A stretch of 64,000 bases of DNA from an uncultured delta proteobacterium (GTDB taxonomy: Bacteria > Myxococcota > Myxococcia > Myxococcales > Myxococcaceae), in contig CAVZMH010000018.1 of the NCBI GenBank assembly GCA_963776345.1, positions 1 through 64,000 on the forward strand, in the 5' to 3' direction. The first letter of the stretch is position 1. Every line of letters begins with the position of its first letter. A model generated the notes under the pieces. That model was not told where the DNA came from. It made no database searches and saw only the letters and a program-made list of their open reading frames with translations. Below, in pieces: positions 20,332 through 29,734 of this stretch. The translations under genes were made by a program, and so were the position numbers.

Positions 20332-22250
20332 GCCCGGCGCGTCCTCCAGCCTCGCGGCTGCGGTTCGGGATCGGCCTCCTGCTCGGGCTGCTGCTGGCCC
20401 TGGGCGGCGGCTGGGTCCTGCTCCGCGGCGCGCGGAAGCAGATGGAGGACGACTGGACCACCCGCCGGGCCATCGTCACCGCCAGCGCGCTCACCACGCT
20501 GGTGGGCCGGGCCGAGGACGACGCGGCCGTGCGGCGGGTCGTCGCTGCGTGGCAGGCAGGTGCACGCACCGGGGACGCTGGTGCGGGTCGTCCGGGGGAC
20601 GACGCTCGAGGCGTCGACGGATCCAGCGGACACGGGCGAGAAGGCCGCGCCGCGCCGTCTGGCCCGCGACGAGAAGCCGCTCTTCGACCAGGCCCAGCGG
20701 CTCCGCGCCGGCGTGGCCAACAACCGGAGGGGGGCGCGTCCAAGCCCGAGCTGGAGGTGGAGCGCGAGGATGGGGCGCGGCGTGTCGCCGCGCCGCTCGA
20801 GTCGGACGGCAAGGTGACCGGCATGGTGCAGGTGCTCGTGCCCCGGGAACCGTCGATCTCCACGCGGTCCGTGCTGCCCACGCTGGTGCTGCTCGTCGCC
20901 GCGCTCGCGCTCTTCGCGCTGGCGGCATGGCTGCTGCCGGCGAGGGTGGCGCTCCTGGCGACGGCGAGCACGGCGCTGTTCTGCCTCGCGGCGGCGTTCT
21001 TCGTGGGCGGCGAGCTGCGGGCGCTCGGGCTCTCCGAGCGAGACGGGCAGCGGGCCCTGGCCCGCACCGTCTCGGTGGAGCTGGAGCGGGCGCGGACGCT
21101 CGCCGGTGCCGCAGCGGTCGACGGAGCGGCGTGGGACACCGACCTCTACCGGAAGCCGCGTGGCCTGGTGAGCGCGGCGGGGACCGTCGACCGCGAGAAG
21201 GGGGAGGCCGAGGCGCAGGAGGTGCGCCGCGGGGCGCTGCGGAGCCTGCTCGCGCTCGGGGCGCTGGGCCTCCTGGCGCTGGTGCTGGTGGGCTTCGGTG
21301 GGGCGAACCGGGTGGGGCGGGCGCTGGTCACCAACCGCCAGGCCTACGCGTACATCGCCCCGGCCATCGTCGGGACGACGCTGCTGGTCTTCTTCCCGTT
21401 CTTCTACGGCATCGCGCTGAGCTTCACCGACTCGAACATCTACAACACCAACATGCCGCTCTCGGACCTGTGGATCGGCCTCCGCAACTACGGCGCCATC
21501 CTCGGCGACTTCGGCTTCATGCGCCGCGCGGCGGACGGCCACTGGGTCTTCAACTACCTGAACTTCTACTGGACGTTCCTGTTCACGGTGGTGTGGACCA
21601 TCACCAACGTGACCTGGGGCGTGTCGCTGGGGCTCCTGCTCGCGCTGGTGCTCAACAACAAGGGGCTGGCGCTCCGGCCGATCTACCGGGTGCTGCTGAT
21701 CCTCCCCTGGGCGATGCCCAACTACATCACCGCGCTGATCTGGAAGGGCATGTTCCACCGGCAGTTCGGGGTGGTGAACCAGATGCTAGCGATCGTCGGG
21801 ATCGAGCCGCTGTCCTGGTTCGACCGGCCGTTCACCTCGTACCTGACGGCGCTGGCGACCAACGGGTGGCTGAGCTTCCCCTTCATGATGGTGGTCTCGC
21901 TGGGGGCGCTGCAGTCGATCCCCGCGGACCTCTACGAGGCGGCGCGGGTGGACGGGGCGACCCGCTGGCAGCAGTTCAAGGCCATCACCCTGCCGTCGCT
22001 GAAGCCGGCGCTGGTGCCGGCGGTGATCCTCTCGGTGGTGTGGACCTTCAACATGTTCAACATCATTTATCTGGTGACCGCGGGTGAGCCCGGCGGGTCG
22101 ACGGAGATCCTGATCACCCAGGCGTACAAGTACGCGTTCCAGCGGTACCAGTACGGCTACGCGGCGGCGTACGCGACGATCATCTTCGGCATCCTGCTGG
22201 TCTACGGGTCGATCCAGAACCGCGTGACGCGGGCCACGGAGGCGATCTGA
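20328..22250 (+). CDS. malF: Maltodextrin ABC permease with long N-terminal extension (compensating indels about 20560-20730)
   Basis: EAARVDGA loop, LILPWAMP; ATG overlaps the malE stop. Confidence 0.85.
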   Translation: MSPARPPASRLRFGIGLLLGLLLALGGGWVLLRGARKQMEDDWTTRRAIVTASALTTLVGRAEDDAAVRRVVAAWQAGARTGDAGAGRPGDDARGVDGSSGHGREGRAAPSGPRREAALRPGPAAPRRRGQQPEGGASKPELEVEREDGARRVAAPLESDGKVTGMVQVLVPREPSISTRSVLPTLVLLVAALALFALAAWLLPARVALLATASTALFCLAAAFFVGGELRALGLSERDGQRALARTVSVELERARTLAGAAAVDGAAWDTDLYRKPRGLVSAAGTVDREKGEAEAQEVRRGALRSLLALGALGLLALVLVGFGGANRVGRALVTNRQAYAYIAPAIVGTTLLVFFPFFYGIALSFTDSNIYNTNMPLSDLWIGLRNYGAILGDFGFMRRAADGHWVFNYLNFYWTFLFTVVWTITNVTWGVSLGLLLALVLNNKGLALRPIYRVLLILPWAMPNYITALIWKGMFHRQFGVVNQMLAIVGIEPLSWFDRPFTSYLTALATNGWLSFPFMMVVSLGALQSIPADLYEAARVDGATRWQQFKAITLPSLKPALVPAVILSVVWTFNMFNIIYLVTAGEPGGSTEILITQAYKYAFQRYQYGYAAAYATIIFGILLVYGSIQNRVTRATEAI

Positions 22251-23134
22251 TGGCGAAGACGCGTCGCGAGGAGCGGACGCCGCACTGGGTGCTGCACGCC
22301 TTCCTGGTGGCCACGGTGCTCTACACCGTGTACCCGGTGCTGTGGGTCATCACCATCGCCTTCTCCGGGAAGCAGAGCCTGGCGATCGCCGATCTGCCGT
22401 CGGACCCGACCAAGCTGGACCGGGTGCGGGCGGTGGTGCCCTGGCCGACGCGCTGGGCCTTCAGCAACTTCACCTCGGTGCTGGCGGACCAGCCGTTCGC
22501 CCGCTGGATGCTCAACAGCGCCATCGTGGCGATCGGGGCGACCATCGTCGGCGTGGCGCTGTCCTGCACCGCGGCCTACGCCTTCTCGCGGTTCAAGTTC
22601 CCGGGGCGGCGGTTCGGGATGATGTCCTTCCTGGTGTCGCAGATGTTCCCGGGGACGCTGACCCTCATCCCGCTCTACATCATCATCGTGCAGTGGCTGG
22701 GGCTCGGGTCCACGCTGACCGGCCTGGTCATCGTCTACGCCACGACCTCGATCCCCTTCTCGGTGTGGATGCTGAAGGGCTACTTCGACACCATCCCCAA
22801 GGAGCTCGAGGAGGCGGCGGTGATGGAGGGGGCGGGGCCGGGGAAGATCTTCTGGAGCATCGTGCTCCCGCTGGCCAAGCCGGCGATCGCCATCACCGCG
22901 CTCTTCTCCTTCATGACCGGCTGGAACGAGTTCATCCAGGCGGCGACGTTCATGGACAAGGAGCAGATGTACACCGCGCCGGTGGGCCTCCGGTTCTTCG
23001 TCGGCGGCTTCCAGCAGCAGTGGGGCTACTTCTCCGCGGGGTCGATCATCGTCTCGATCCCGGTGGTGCTGCTGTTCCTCTACTTGCAGAAGTACCTGGT
23101 CTCGGGGCTCACCGCCGGAAGCGTCAAGGGCTAG
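22250..23134 (+). CDS. malG: Maltodextrin ABC permease
   Basis: KGYFDTIPKELEEAAVMEGA, GLTAGSVKG. Confidence 0.92.
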   Translation: MAKTRREERTPHWVLHAFLVATVLYTVYPVLWVITIAFSGKQSLAIADLPSDPTKLDRVRAVVPWPTRWAFSNFTSVLADQPFARWMLNSAIVAIGATIVGVALSCTAAYAFSRFKFPGRRFGMMSFLVSQMFPGTLTLIPLYIIIVQWLGLGSTLTGLVIVYATTSIPFSVWMLKGYFDTIPKELEEAAVMEGAGPGKIFWSIVLPLAKPAIAITALFSFMTGWNEFIQAATFMDKEQMYTAPVGLRFFVGGFQQQWGYFSAGSIIVSIPVVLLFLYLQKYLVSGLTAGSVKG

Positions 23135-23161
23135 CCGAGACCGCTGGTGAGAGCCTGACCG

Positions 23162-24310
23162 TCAGCGAGTCTGCCCCGGCGCAGGCGTCGTGAACTCCAC
23201 GCCCATCCCGGGGCGGATCTGATCTCCGCCCTCCACCGCCCGGCCCACCACGCCGCCCTCGATCACCTGGCTGACGATGACCTTCGCCACCGGGGTGCCG
23301 TCGGGTCCGAGCACCTTTCCGATCTGCATCACCCCCACGCCCTTGGTCTCGCCGCGCATCGAGACCACCGCGCCCGACACGTCCACCACCGACAGCGCGG
23401 GAGCCGCCGAGGTCGAAGCGGTGAGGCCGGTGACCACGACCGGGGGCGGGGCCTTGCCCGAGCCGTAGACGAACGGGACCTGCGCGTACGCACCGGTCTT
23501 CACGTCGAAGGAGCCGAGCACCTTCGCCTGGTCCATCCCCGATGGGAGCAGCACGTCCACCACCCAGGGGTGCGCCTTGCCCTGGGGCGCGCCGCCGAAC
23601 ATCCAGGCCTCGCGCACGCCGATCACCGGCATGGTGTACGCGTCGGCCTCGTGCCGGCTGGCGAGCCGGTCGATGACCGCGAACGTCCGCTCCCAGCGCG
23701 CGCCGGAGACGTGCACCGAGTAGCCCCAGTCCTTGGTGGGCCGGCCGCCGAAGAAGGCCCAGGGGATGCGAGCGATGATGGTCTTCCCCTGCGTCTGGAG
23801 GTTCTGGGGGAAGAGCACCCGCCGCGCCGCCTCGGCGCCCAGCACGCCCTCGGTCACCGCGCGGGCCTCCCCGGGCTGCGGCGTCATCACCACCGCGTAC
23901 TCCCAGGTGTGCCCGTCGGCGAAGGCCACCCGCCGGCCGGGGATGCACATCCCGTAGCCCGACCCCGGCGTCGGATCGGTGTCGAGGTAGATGTCGATGT
24001 TCTGGAAGTAGATGTTGTTGTGCAGGTCCAGCGGCGTCGAGTTGTAGCGCTGGGTGCTCGGCGGGACGCGGAAGCTCTCGCCCAGCGTGACCTCGAAGAC
24101 GACCTTGTCGCCTTCCTCGAACACCGCGAAGCGGCGGAGGTCGAAGTCGCCGGGGAGGAAGTCGGTGTCGCCGGGCGGCTGGTAGTAGCCGGGGCCATTC
24201 GCGTCGCCCGCCGGGTCGTCGAAGCTCGCGATCAGCGTCCGTTCGGCCCCGAGCACGGGGGAGGAGAGCTGCAGCGCGGCGAGGACGGCGAGCGGCGAGA
24301 CGATGCGCAC
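23162..24310 (-). CDS. Secreted glucodextranase DOMON-like domain protein
   Basis: Signal peptide, FDDPAGDANGPGYY..P...FDL, QNIDIYLDT. Confidence 0.8.
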   Translation of the reverse strand: MRIVSPLAVLAALQLSSPVLGAERTLIASFDDPAGDANGPGYYQPPGDTDFLPGDFDLRRFAVFEEGDKVVFEVTLGESFRVPPSTQRYNSTPLDLHNNIYFQNIDIYLDTDPTPGSGYGMCIPGRRVAFADGHTWEYAVVMTPQPGEARAVTEGVLGAEAARRVLFPQNLQTQGKTIIARIPWAFFGGRPTKDWGYSVHVSGARWERTFAVIDRLASRHEADAYTMPVIGVREAWMFGGAPQGKAHPWVVDVLLPSGMDQAKVLGSFDVKTGAYAQVPFVYGSGKAPPPVVVTGLTASTSAAPALSVVDVSGAVVSMRGETKGVGVMQIGKVLGPDGTPVAKVIVSQVIEGGVVGRAVEGGDQIRPGMGVEFTTPAPGQTR

Positions 24311-24388
24311 GCTGAAGTCTTCGCAAGAAAAGAAGAGGCCGGCAAGGCGTGCTGCCCCTGCCGGCCCCGGGATGCTGCAGGGATTGCC

Positions 24389-25441
24389 TTACGGAACGGT
24401 GATGTACGTGTTGCCGCTGCCCAGGCCCGTGCCGCCGGTGATGGCGAGGGTGGCCGGGGTGAAGCTACTGGCCCCGGAGGCCTTGGTGCCCGCAGTCACG
24501 CCGGCGGTGTTGGCCGTGCCGGTCCCGTCCTTGTACTCCAGAGTACCGAACACGAAGATGAACTCGGGCTTGTCACCGGACTTCAGCAGGCCCGGGTACG
24601 GGGGCTTGGTCTGGTCGACCTGGAAGGACAGCTGGTAGGTGTACTTGCCGTCGCCAGCCGTTGCGTCTCCCTTGGTTGCGTCGTCGGTCAGAGTGACCTC
24701 GCTCCACCCCCAGGCCGAGCCCTTCACCTTGACCACCGAGGTGTCCCAGGTGCCGGTGGCGAGGGCGTTCTTGTCGATCACCAGCTGCATGTCGACCGTC
24801 CCGTGGGCCGGGAAGGTCTGACCGGCGGCGGTGATCGCCGCGCTGGCGCCGACCGGAACGGTGAACGAGCCGTTCCCGCCGATCCACACCCAGCCGCCGT
24901 TCGCCGTGTCGGGGTTGGTCGCGTCGCGGAGGCCGTACGAGTAGACGTCCCCGGTCCCGGTGGTGGGCGGCGTGACGAACACGGTCACCCCCAGCTTGTG
25001 GTCATTGGCCACCGCGGTCGCAGGCTCGTGCCCGCCCTTGTTCCAGGGTCCGTCGTCGTACAGCTTCGCCCAGGGGCCGCCCCAGGTGGAGTCGGCGGTG
25101 ATGACGCGGGTGGTGGAGTCAAAGAGCATCGAGCCCTTCCACTCCAGCTCCTGCGATTTCCAGTTCTGGTTGACCGAGTCGTCGACGCTGAAGTTGACGG
25201 GCACCTTCCCAGCAGGCTGTGCGAACCCGCAGACGTTGGCGATGCTGTTGTTGCTGCCGGTCCCGCAGGCCAGCCCCGTGCCACAAGTTCCGCACGCGAG
25301 CGTGGTGCCGCAGCCATCGCTCATGGACCCGCAGTTCGCATTCTGGGCCGCGCAGGTGGTCGGCGTACAGGTAGGGCTGCTGCTACCGCACCCGGCGAGG
25401 AATCCCCCCGCCAGGATCAGACTTCCGAGAATTTTCTTCAT
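24389..25441 (-). CDS. Lipoprotein: Cys-rich N-terminus, two beta-sandwich modules with choice-of-anchor X-like motif
   Basis: FLAGC lipobox; LYDDGPW; LTDDATKGDATAGDGKYT. Confidence 0.75.
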   Translation of the reverse strand: MKKILGSLILAGGFLAGCGSSSPTCTPTTCAAQNANCGSMSDGCGTTLACGTCGTGLACGTGSNNSIANVCGFAQPAGKVPVNFSVDDSVNQNWKSQELEWKGSMLFDSTTRVITADSTWGGPWAKLYDDGPWNKGGHEPATAVANDHKLGVTVFVTPPTTGTGDVYSYGLRDATNPDTANGGWVWIGGNGSFTVPVGASAAITAAGQTFPAHGTVDMQLVIDKNALATGTWDTSVVKVKGSAWGWSEVTLTDDATKGDATAGDGKYTYQLSFQVDQTKPPYPGLLKSGDKPEFIFVFGTLEYKDGTGTANTAGVTAGTKASGASSFTPATLAITGGTGLGSGNTYITVP

Positions 25442-25501
25442 CGCTGTGCTCCTCCTCCTAGAAAAACCGGACGCCCCGGGGGAGACCGGGGCGGTCCCGT
25501 G

Positions 25502-26875
25502 TCACTTGCAGGCGACGTTGATGGGCCCAATGCCCTTCGGCGTCGCGATTGCACTGTCACAACTGCACGTCTTGAAGTTGTAGGTGTTCTCCCTGGCCTC
25601 CGGCCCGCAGCCGTGCAGGTCCGTGGTCCAGGTGATGGTGCCGGTGCTCTTGCTGTTGAGGTTCGATGCGTCCTTGTTGGTGGCCTCGTCTGCCCAGCTC
25701 TCGTGCCGGTAGACGAAGCCATCGTCTTTCACGTCGACCACCTCCAGGATCCGCGAGTTCCCGGGCCACTCCTCGCTCCCGCTCCACACCGCGCCCCTGG
25801 TCCCCCAGGTGAACTTGTAGCCGATCCGGAACACCTGGCCAGTGTCCGGATCTCCCCTGGGGATGACGAAGCTGATGGTCCAGATGTTGTCCCCGGCCAC
25901 CTCGTCGCCGTTGGTCCCGTCGTCGTACATCTGGATCTGGTTGGGGGTGCTCGCCCCGAGGAGGTTGTTCACCGCGGGGTCCTGGAGCGGCGATTGCTTG
26001 TGGACCCAGCCCACGAAGAACATCGACTTGCCTGGCTTGTCGACGGCCCACTTGAACTTGTTCACGGCCGCGCAGTTGCCGTTCAACGCACCGTCGTTGA
26101 AGTTGACGGTGAAGACCACGCGGAGGTTGTCCGTGTCGAGGCAGCCCGCGGGCTTGTACAGCTGGGCGACCTCGGCCAGCTTCTGGTCGAAGGCGACCGA
26201 ATCGCCATCGAGCTTCCCGTCGCCCGTGTAGTCGAACTGCTGGCGGGCGATCCAGCTCGGGCTGACCGCGCGCTGGATCACGTTGTAGCTGCTGTCGTAC
26301 TGCGGGACGGCGAAGAAGTCCGGATCCGGCTGGCTCAGCGTCGCGTCGTACCGCTGGATGATCCGCTTCACCATGTCCAGGAGCTCCTGCGTGGGCCCGG
26401 GCGTGTCGAACGCGGCGTAGATGAGGTTCCGGGTGCCGAGGTACGCGTCAGGGGTGATCAGCTTGAGCTTCTGCCCGTCCGCGCTCAGGCGCGCCTCGAC
26501 GATGATCGCCTCGGTGATGCTCCGCTCGTCGAGCGCCACGTTGAGCGCCTTCGCCTCCTCGCCGATGGAGGGCACGATCGCCCGGAGCAGGAGGTTTCCC
26601 ACCCGGCCGGTGACCTCGATCATCGAGTACTTCGAGGAGGGAAGCCGCACCTCGTAGTTCTGGCCGCTGGCGTTGACCAGGAAGGGTTTGATCTCGTTCT
26701 CGCCGTCGGAGGCGCTGAACTGCGAGGGCTGCGCGTCCGGCCAGTAGGTGGTCCCGCTGATCGCCGAGGCCGGCCGGTCGTACTCGCTTCGCCCCAGGTT
26801 GCCGAAGCTCTCGATCCCGCAGCCGGCCAGCAACGCCAGCGCGAGAGAGAATGGAAGTCTCATCGAAGAGCTCAT
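25502..26875 (-). CDS. Lipoprotein with C-terminal choice-of-anchor X-like/CBM-like domain
   Basis: LLAGC lipobox; MYDDGTNGDEVAGDNIWT; YKFTWG. Confidence 0.78.
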   Translation of the reverse strand: MSSSMRLPFSLALALLAGCGIESFGNLGRSEYDRPASAISGTTYWPDAQPSQFSASDGENEIKPFLVNASGQNYEVRLPSSKYSMIEVTGRVGNLLLRAIVPSIGEEAKALNVALDERSITEAIIVEARLSADGQKLKLITPDAYLGTRNLIYAAFDTPGPTQELLDMVKRIIQRYDATLSQPDPDFFAVPQYDSSYNVIQRAVSPSWIARQQFDYTGDGKLDGDSVAFDQKLAEVAQLYKPAGCLDTDNLRVVFTVNFNDGALNGNCAAVNKFKWAVDKPGKSMFFVGWVHKQSPLQDPAVNNLLGASTPNQIQMYDDGTNGDEVAGDNIWTISFVIPRGDPDTGQVFRIGYKFTWGTRGAVWSGSEEWPGNSRILEVVDVKDDGFVYRHESWADEATNKDASNLNSKSTGTITWTTDLHGCGPEARENTYNFKTCSCDSAIATPKGIGPINVACK

Positions 26876-26880
26876 GACCG

Positions 26881-28848
26881 TCACCACGCGACCTCGATGG
26901 TCCCCTTCGCCCGCCACACGTTCCAGATCATGTTGTAGTAACCGCCCTCCGGGTCGCGGAGGAGGTTCTTGTGGAAGTACTCCACCGTGTATCCGGCCAG
27001 CACTCCGCCGAATGCATAGGTGAACCCGGCGCGGGCGGTGTGGCGCTGGGTCCGGGACGGGAAGTAGCCGGCGGCGTCCGACCCGTTCCGGCCGTCCTCC
27101 GACCAGTGGCTGTACTCGTAGCCGGCGAAGACCTTCAGCTCGTTGGTGGGCTGGACGGTGACCTGCGCGTAGGCGAGCCACTCCCGGCCGATGTAGTCGT
27201 CCTTGGGATTGGAGATGACCCGGTCGTCCCGGTCGAAGATGTACTTGAACTTGAGGTTGAGGAGCGGGCTCCAGCCGACCGCGAACGGGATCTGCGCGGT
27301 GAGCACGCCGATGTGCGTGTACCGCGACTGATTCTTGTCGTAGACGCTCCGCGGGTCCTTCCCGCGGTCGTACACGTTGGCGTAGTCCCCGTCGGCCGTG
27401 AACGCGGTGGTGTCGGTGAACCCGTGCGTGTACAGGAAGTCCGGGTACTGGTTCACCGTGTCCCGGTTCTGCATGTTGGTGTTGTAGCCGACGTAGGTGT
27501 ACTCGCCGGAGAGCTTGGCCGAGCCGAGCACCTGCTCCAGCACCGCGGTGAAGCCGTGCCAGCCGATCACCGTCTCGTACCAGGGCTCGTCCCAGTCCTG
27601 GAACTCGTTGGCCACGTTGAGCGTCGGCAGCTGTCCGCCGCGGGTGAAGCCGCCGGTGATGATGCCGTCGGTCATGAGCACGTCGGCCTCGCGCCGCGCG
27701 CCCATGATCGCGTTGTACTCGCTGCCGATGTTGAAGTACTCGAACTTGGGCGACAGGCCGATCTTGAAGGGGTCGTAGAACTCGAGGTCCACCCGCGCCG
27801 CCGCGCCGGTCGCGGCGATGGGGTTCCCGTTGGCGTCGGTCCTGAAGAGCACCGGCGAGAAACCCTGCCCGTTGCGAACCAGGTTGGTGGCATAGTTCGG
27901 GTTCACGTAGTTGCTGGAATACGCCCCGAGCGCCGAGACGGAGAAGAGGTCGGTCCAGGACGGGGTGTAGAAGACTTCCAGCGTGCCGTTGAGCCCCCGG
28001 AAACGGTTGGTGAGCTTGCTCGAATGGTCCGGGCAGCCGACGGTGTCACACCGCGCCGCGTCAGGCGAGCCGGTGAGGAACGGGCTGTAGCGATCCGCCT
28101 CCCAGTCCTGGGTCCAGGTGCCGATCGCCCGGAGCCGCAGATCGGAGTACGGACGGCTCTCCATCTTGGCGGCGAAGGCCCAGTCGGTGCCGTACAGGTA
28201 GGCGAGCGGCTCGTTGTCCTTGAGGCCAGTGTTCCAGCCCGGCCCCGCCCAGAGCTTGGGGAGCGCCAACGCCCCGAGGGTGTAGTCGAGCTTGTTCTCC
28301 GGGATGAACGCGCCCTCGACGAAGACGCCGTTGCCGTTGTCCCGGTCGATGTAGCGGGCCTTGCCGATGGTCCACTCGTTCCACATCGAGTAGTCCGTCG
28401 AGCCGATGGTGATCCACTTCACGGTGGGGATGGGCGGGCCGACCCGGATCCACGCCGCGCGCAGCTTGATGTACTGCGCGTGGTTCATGCCCAGGCTCTC
28501 GCCCGAGGTGTCCGACACGCCGGGCTTGAGATCTCCGTTTTCCCACCAGTCCTGCCACATCATTCCCCAGCGGCTCTGGAGGCGAACGCCGGCAGTGACC
28601 TTGGGGCCCACGTTCGCCTTGATGTTCAGCTCGAACTCGCTGCAGACGCCGTTGTGGCCGTAGATGTTGTCGACCCAGAACGGGTTGGAGATCGACAGAC
28701 ACCCCTGGGTGTTGTCGTTCTGGTACATGTACTTCATGTAGATCTTCCCGCTCATGTCGAAGTTGACGAGGTCGGCTCGAGCGGCCGGGCCTGTCAGCAG
28801 GACACCGAGCGTGGCGATCGCCGCAAGTCCCCTCCCAGGTCTTGCCAT
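26881..28848 (-). CDS. Putative outer-membrane beta-barrel protein
   Basis: Signal peptide (ARA|D), alternating hydrophobic strands, C-terminal AKGTIEVAW. Confidence 0.72.
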   Translation of the reverse strand: MARPGRGLAAIATLGVLLTGPAARADLVNFDMSGKIYMKYMYQNDNTQGCLSISNPFWVDNIYGHNGVCSEFELNIKANVGPKVTAGVRLQSRWGMMWQDWWENGDLKPGVSDTSGESLGMNHAQYIKLRAAWIRVGPPIPTVKWITIGSTDYSMWNEWTIGKARYIDRDNGNGVFVEGAFIPENKLDYTLGALALPKLWAGPGWNTGLKDNEPLAYLYGTDWAFAAKMESRPYSDLRLRAIGTWTQDWEADRYSPFLTGSPDAARCDTVGCPDHSSKLTNRFRGLNGTLEVFYTPSWTDLFSVSALGAYSSNYVNPNYATNLVRNGQGFSPVLFRTDANGNPIAATGAAARVDLEFYDPFKIGLSPKFEYFNIGSEYNAIMGARREADVLMTDGIITGGFTRGGQLPTLNVANEFQDWDEPWYETVIGWHGFTAVLEQVLGSAKLSGEYTYVGYNTNMQNRDTVNQYPDFLYTHGFTDTTAFTADGDYANVYDRGKDPRSVYDKNQSRYTHIGVLTAQIPFAVGWSPLLNLKFKYIFDRDDRVISNPKDDYIGREWLAYAQVTVQPTNELKVFAGYEYSHWSEDGRNGSDAAGYFPSRTQRHTARAGFTYAFGGVLAGYTVEYFHKNLLRDPEGGYYNMIWNVWRAKGTIEVAW

Positions 28849-28859
28849 GAACGCTCTCC

Positions 28860-29711
28860 TTACTTACCTGCGTTCGGGTAAACCATCGGCACGACTGCGA
28901 GATCCTCCGGCTTCGGTTCCTTGGTGTTGTGGTTGTACTTGGAGAGGATCTCGTACTGCTTCTTCACCGGGTCACCGCCGGGCGGGACCAGGATGTCCAT
29001 GACCTGAGGATCGTTGTCGTAGTCGCTCCCGCCGCCGAACCGGTGCTGGCCCTCGAACTCGTTCACCTTGCGGGTGAGGAGATCGGTCTTCGCCGGGAAG
29101 CCCTCGTTGGACTGCATCAGCACCTGGTAGCCCCAGGTGGTCTGCGGCGGGCCGCCGAGCTGCGAGTTCTCCACCACCGCGATGAGGGTCTTCCCCGTGG
29201 CGCGGGTCACCTTGGGGACGATGATCCGGTCCTTCCACTGAGCGGCCTTGAGACCGACCTCCGAGTTCACCCGGGTGGCGCCCTGCGGGGAGATGATCAC
29301 CACCCTGTCCCAGGCCTCGTCGTCGGCGAAGCGCACGTTGGTCCCGGGGAGCCCGTCCTGCACGCCGCTGCCCTTCTTGTGATCGGTGTCGATGTGGATG
29401 AAGGCCATCTGCACCGAGAAGCCGTTGCCGCCCCAGGCCGGGCTGTCCCAGGGGTCCTCGATGCGCGTGCGCACGGTGACCCGGAACTCGGTCTCGTTGC
29501 CGCGGGGCACCACCTCGAACTCGGTGATGTCGAACGCGCCGGGCTTGTACACCGCGTCGGTCGGGTAGGTGTACGTGCCCGGGCCCTTGTCGTCGCCGAT
29601 CGGGTCTGGATACTTGAAGCCCTTCTCGTTCTCGGCCGCGGCGGGGAAGGCGACGGCAGCGGCGAGCATCGCGCCGGCTGCGAGGAGGCGACGGAAGCGG
29701 GGGACGTGCAT
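28860..29711 (-). CDS. Secreted glucodextranase DOMON-like domain protein
   Basis: Signal peptide; DPIGDDKGPGTYTYPTDAVYKPGAFDI; GGNGFSVQ. Confidence 0.85.
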   Translation of the reverse strand: MHVPRFRRLLAAGAMLAAAVAFPAAAENEKGFKYPDPIGDDKGPGTYTYPTDAVYKPGAFDITEFEVVPRGNETEFRVTVRTRIEDPWDSPAWGGNGFSVQMAFIHIDTDHKKGSGVQDGLPGTNVRFADDEAWDRVVIISPQGATRVNSEVGLKAAQWKDRIIVPKVTRATGKTLIAVVENSQLGGPPQTTWGYQVLMQSNEGFPAKTDLLTRKVNEFEGQHRFGGGSDYDNDPQVMDILVPPGGDPVKKQYEILSKYNHNTKEPKPEDLAVVPMVYPNAGK

Positions 29712-29734
29712 GCCTGGATCCTCCTTCGGTTGCT

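Noticed and set aside
23570..26938. 1122-aa plus-strand ORF and similar long Arg/Gly/Pro-rich ORFs
   Set aside because: Stop-poor shadow frames of high-GC genes on the other strand; no motifs.
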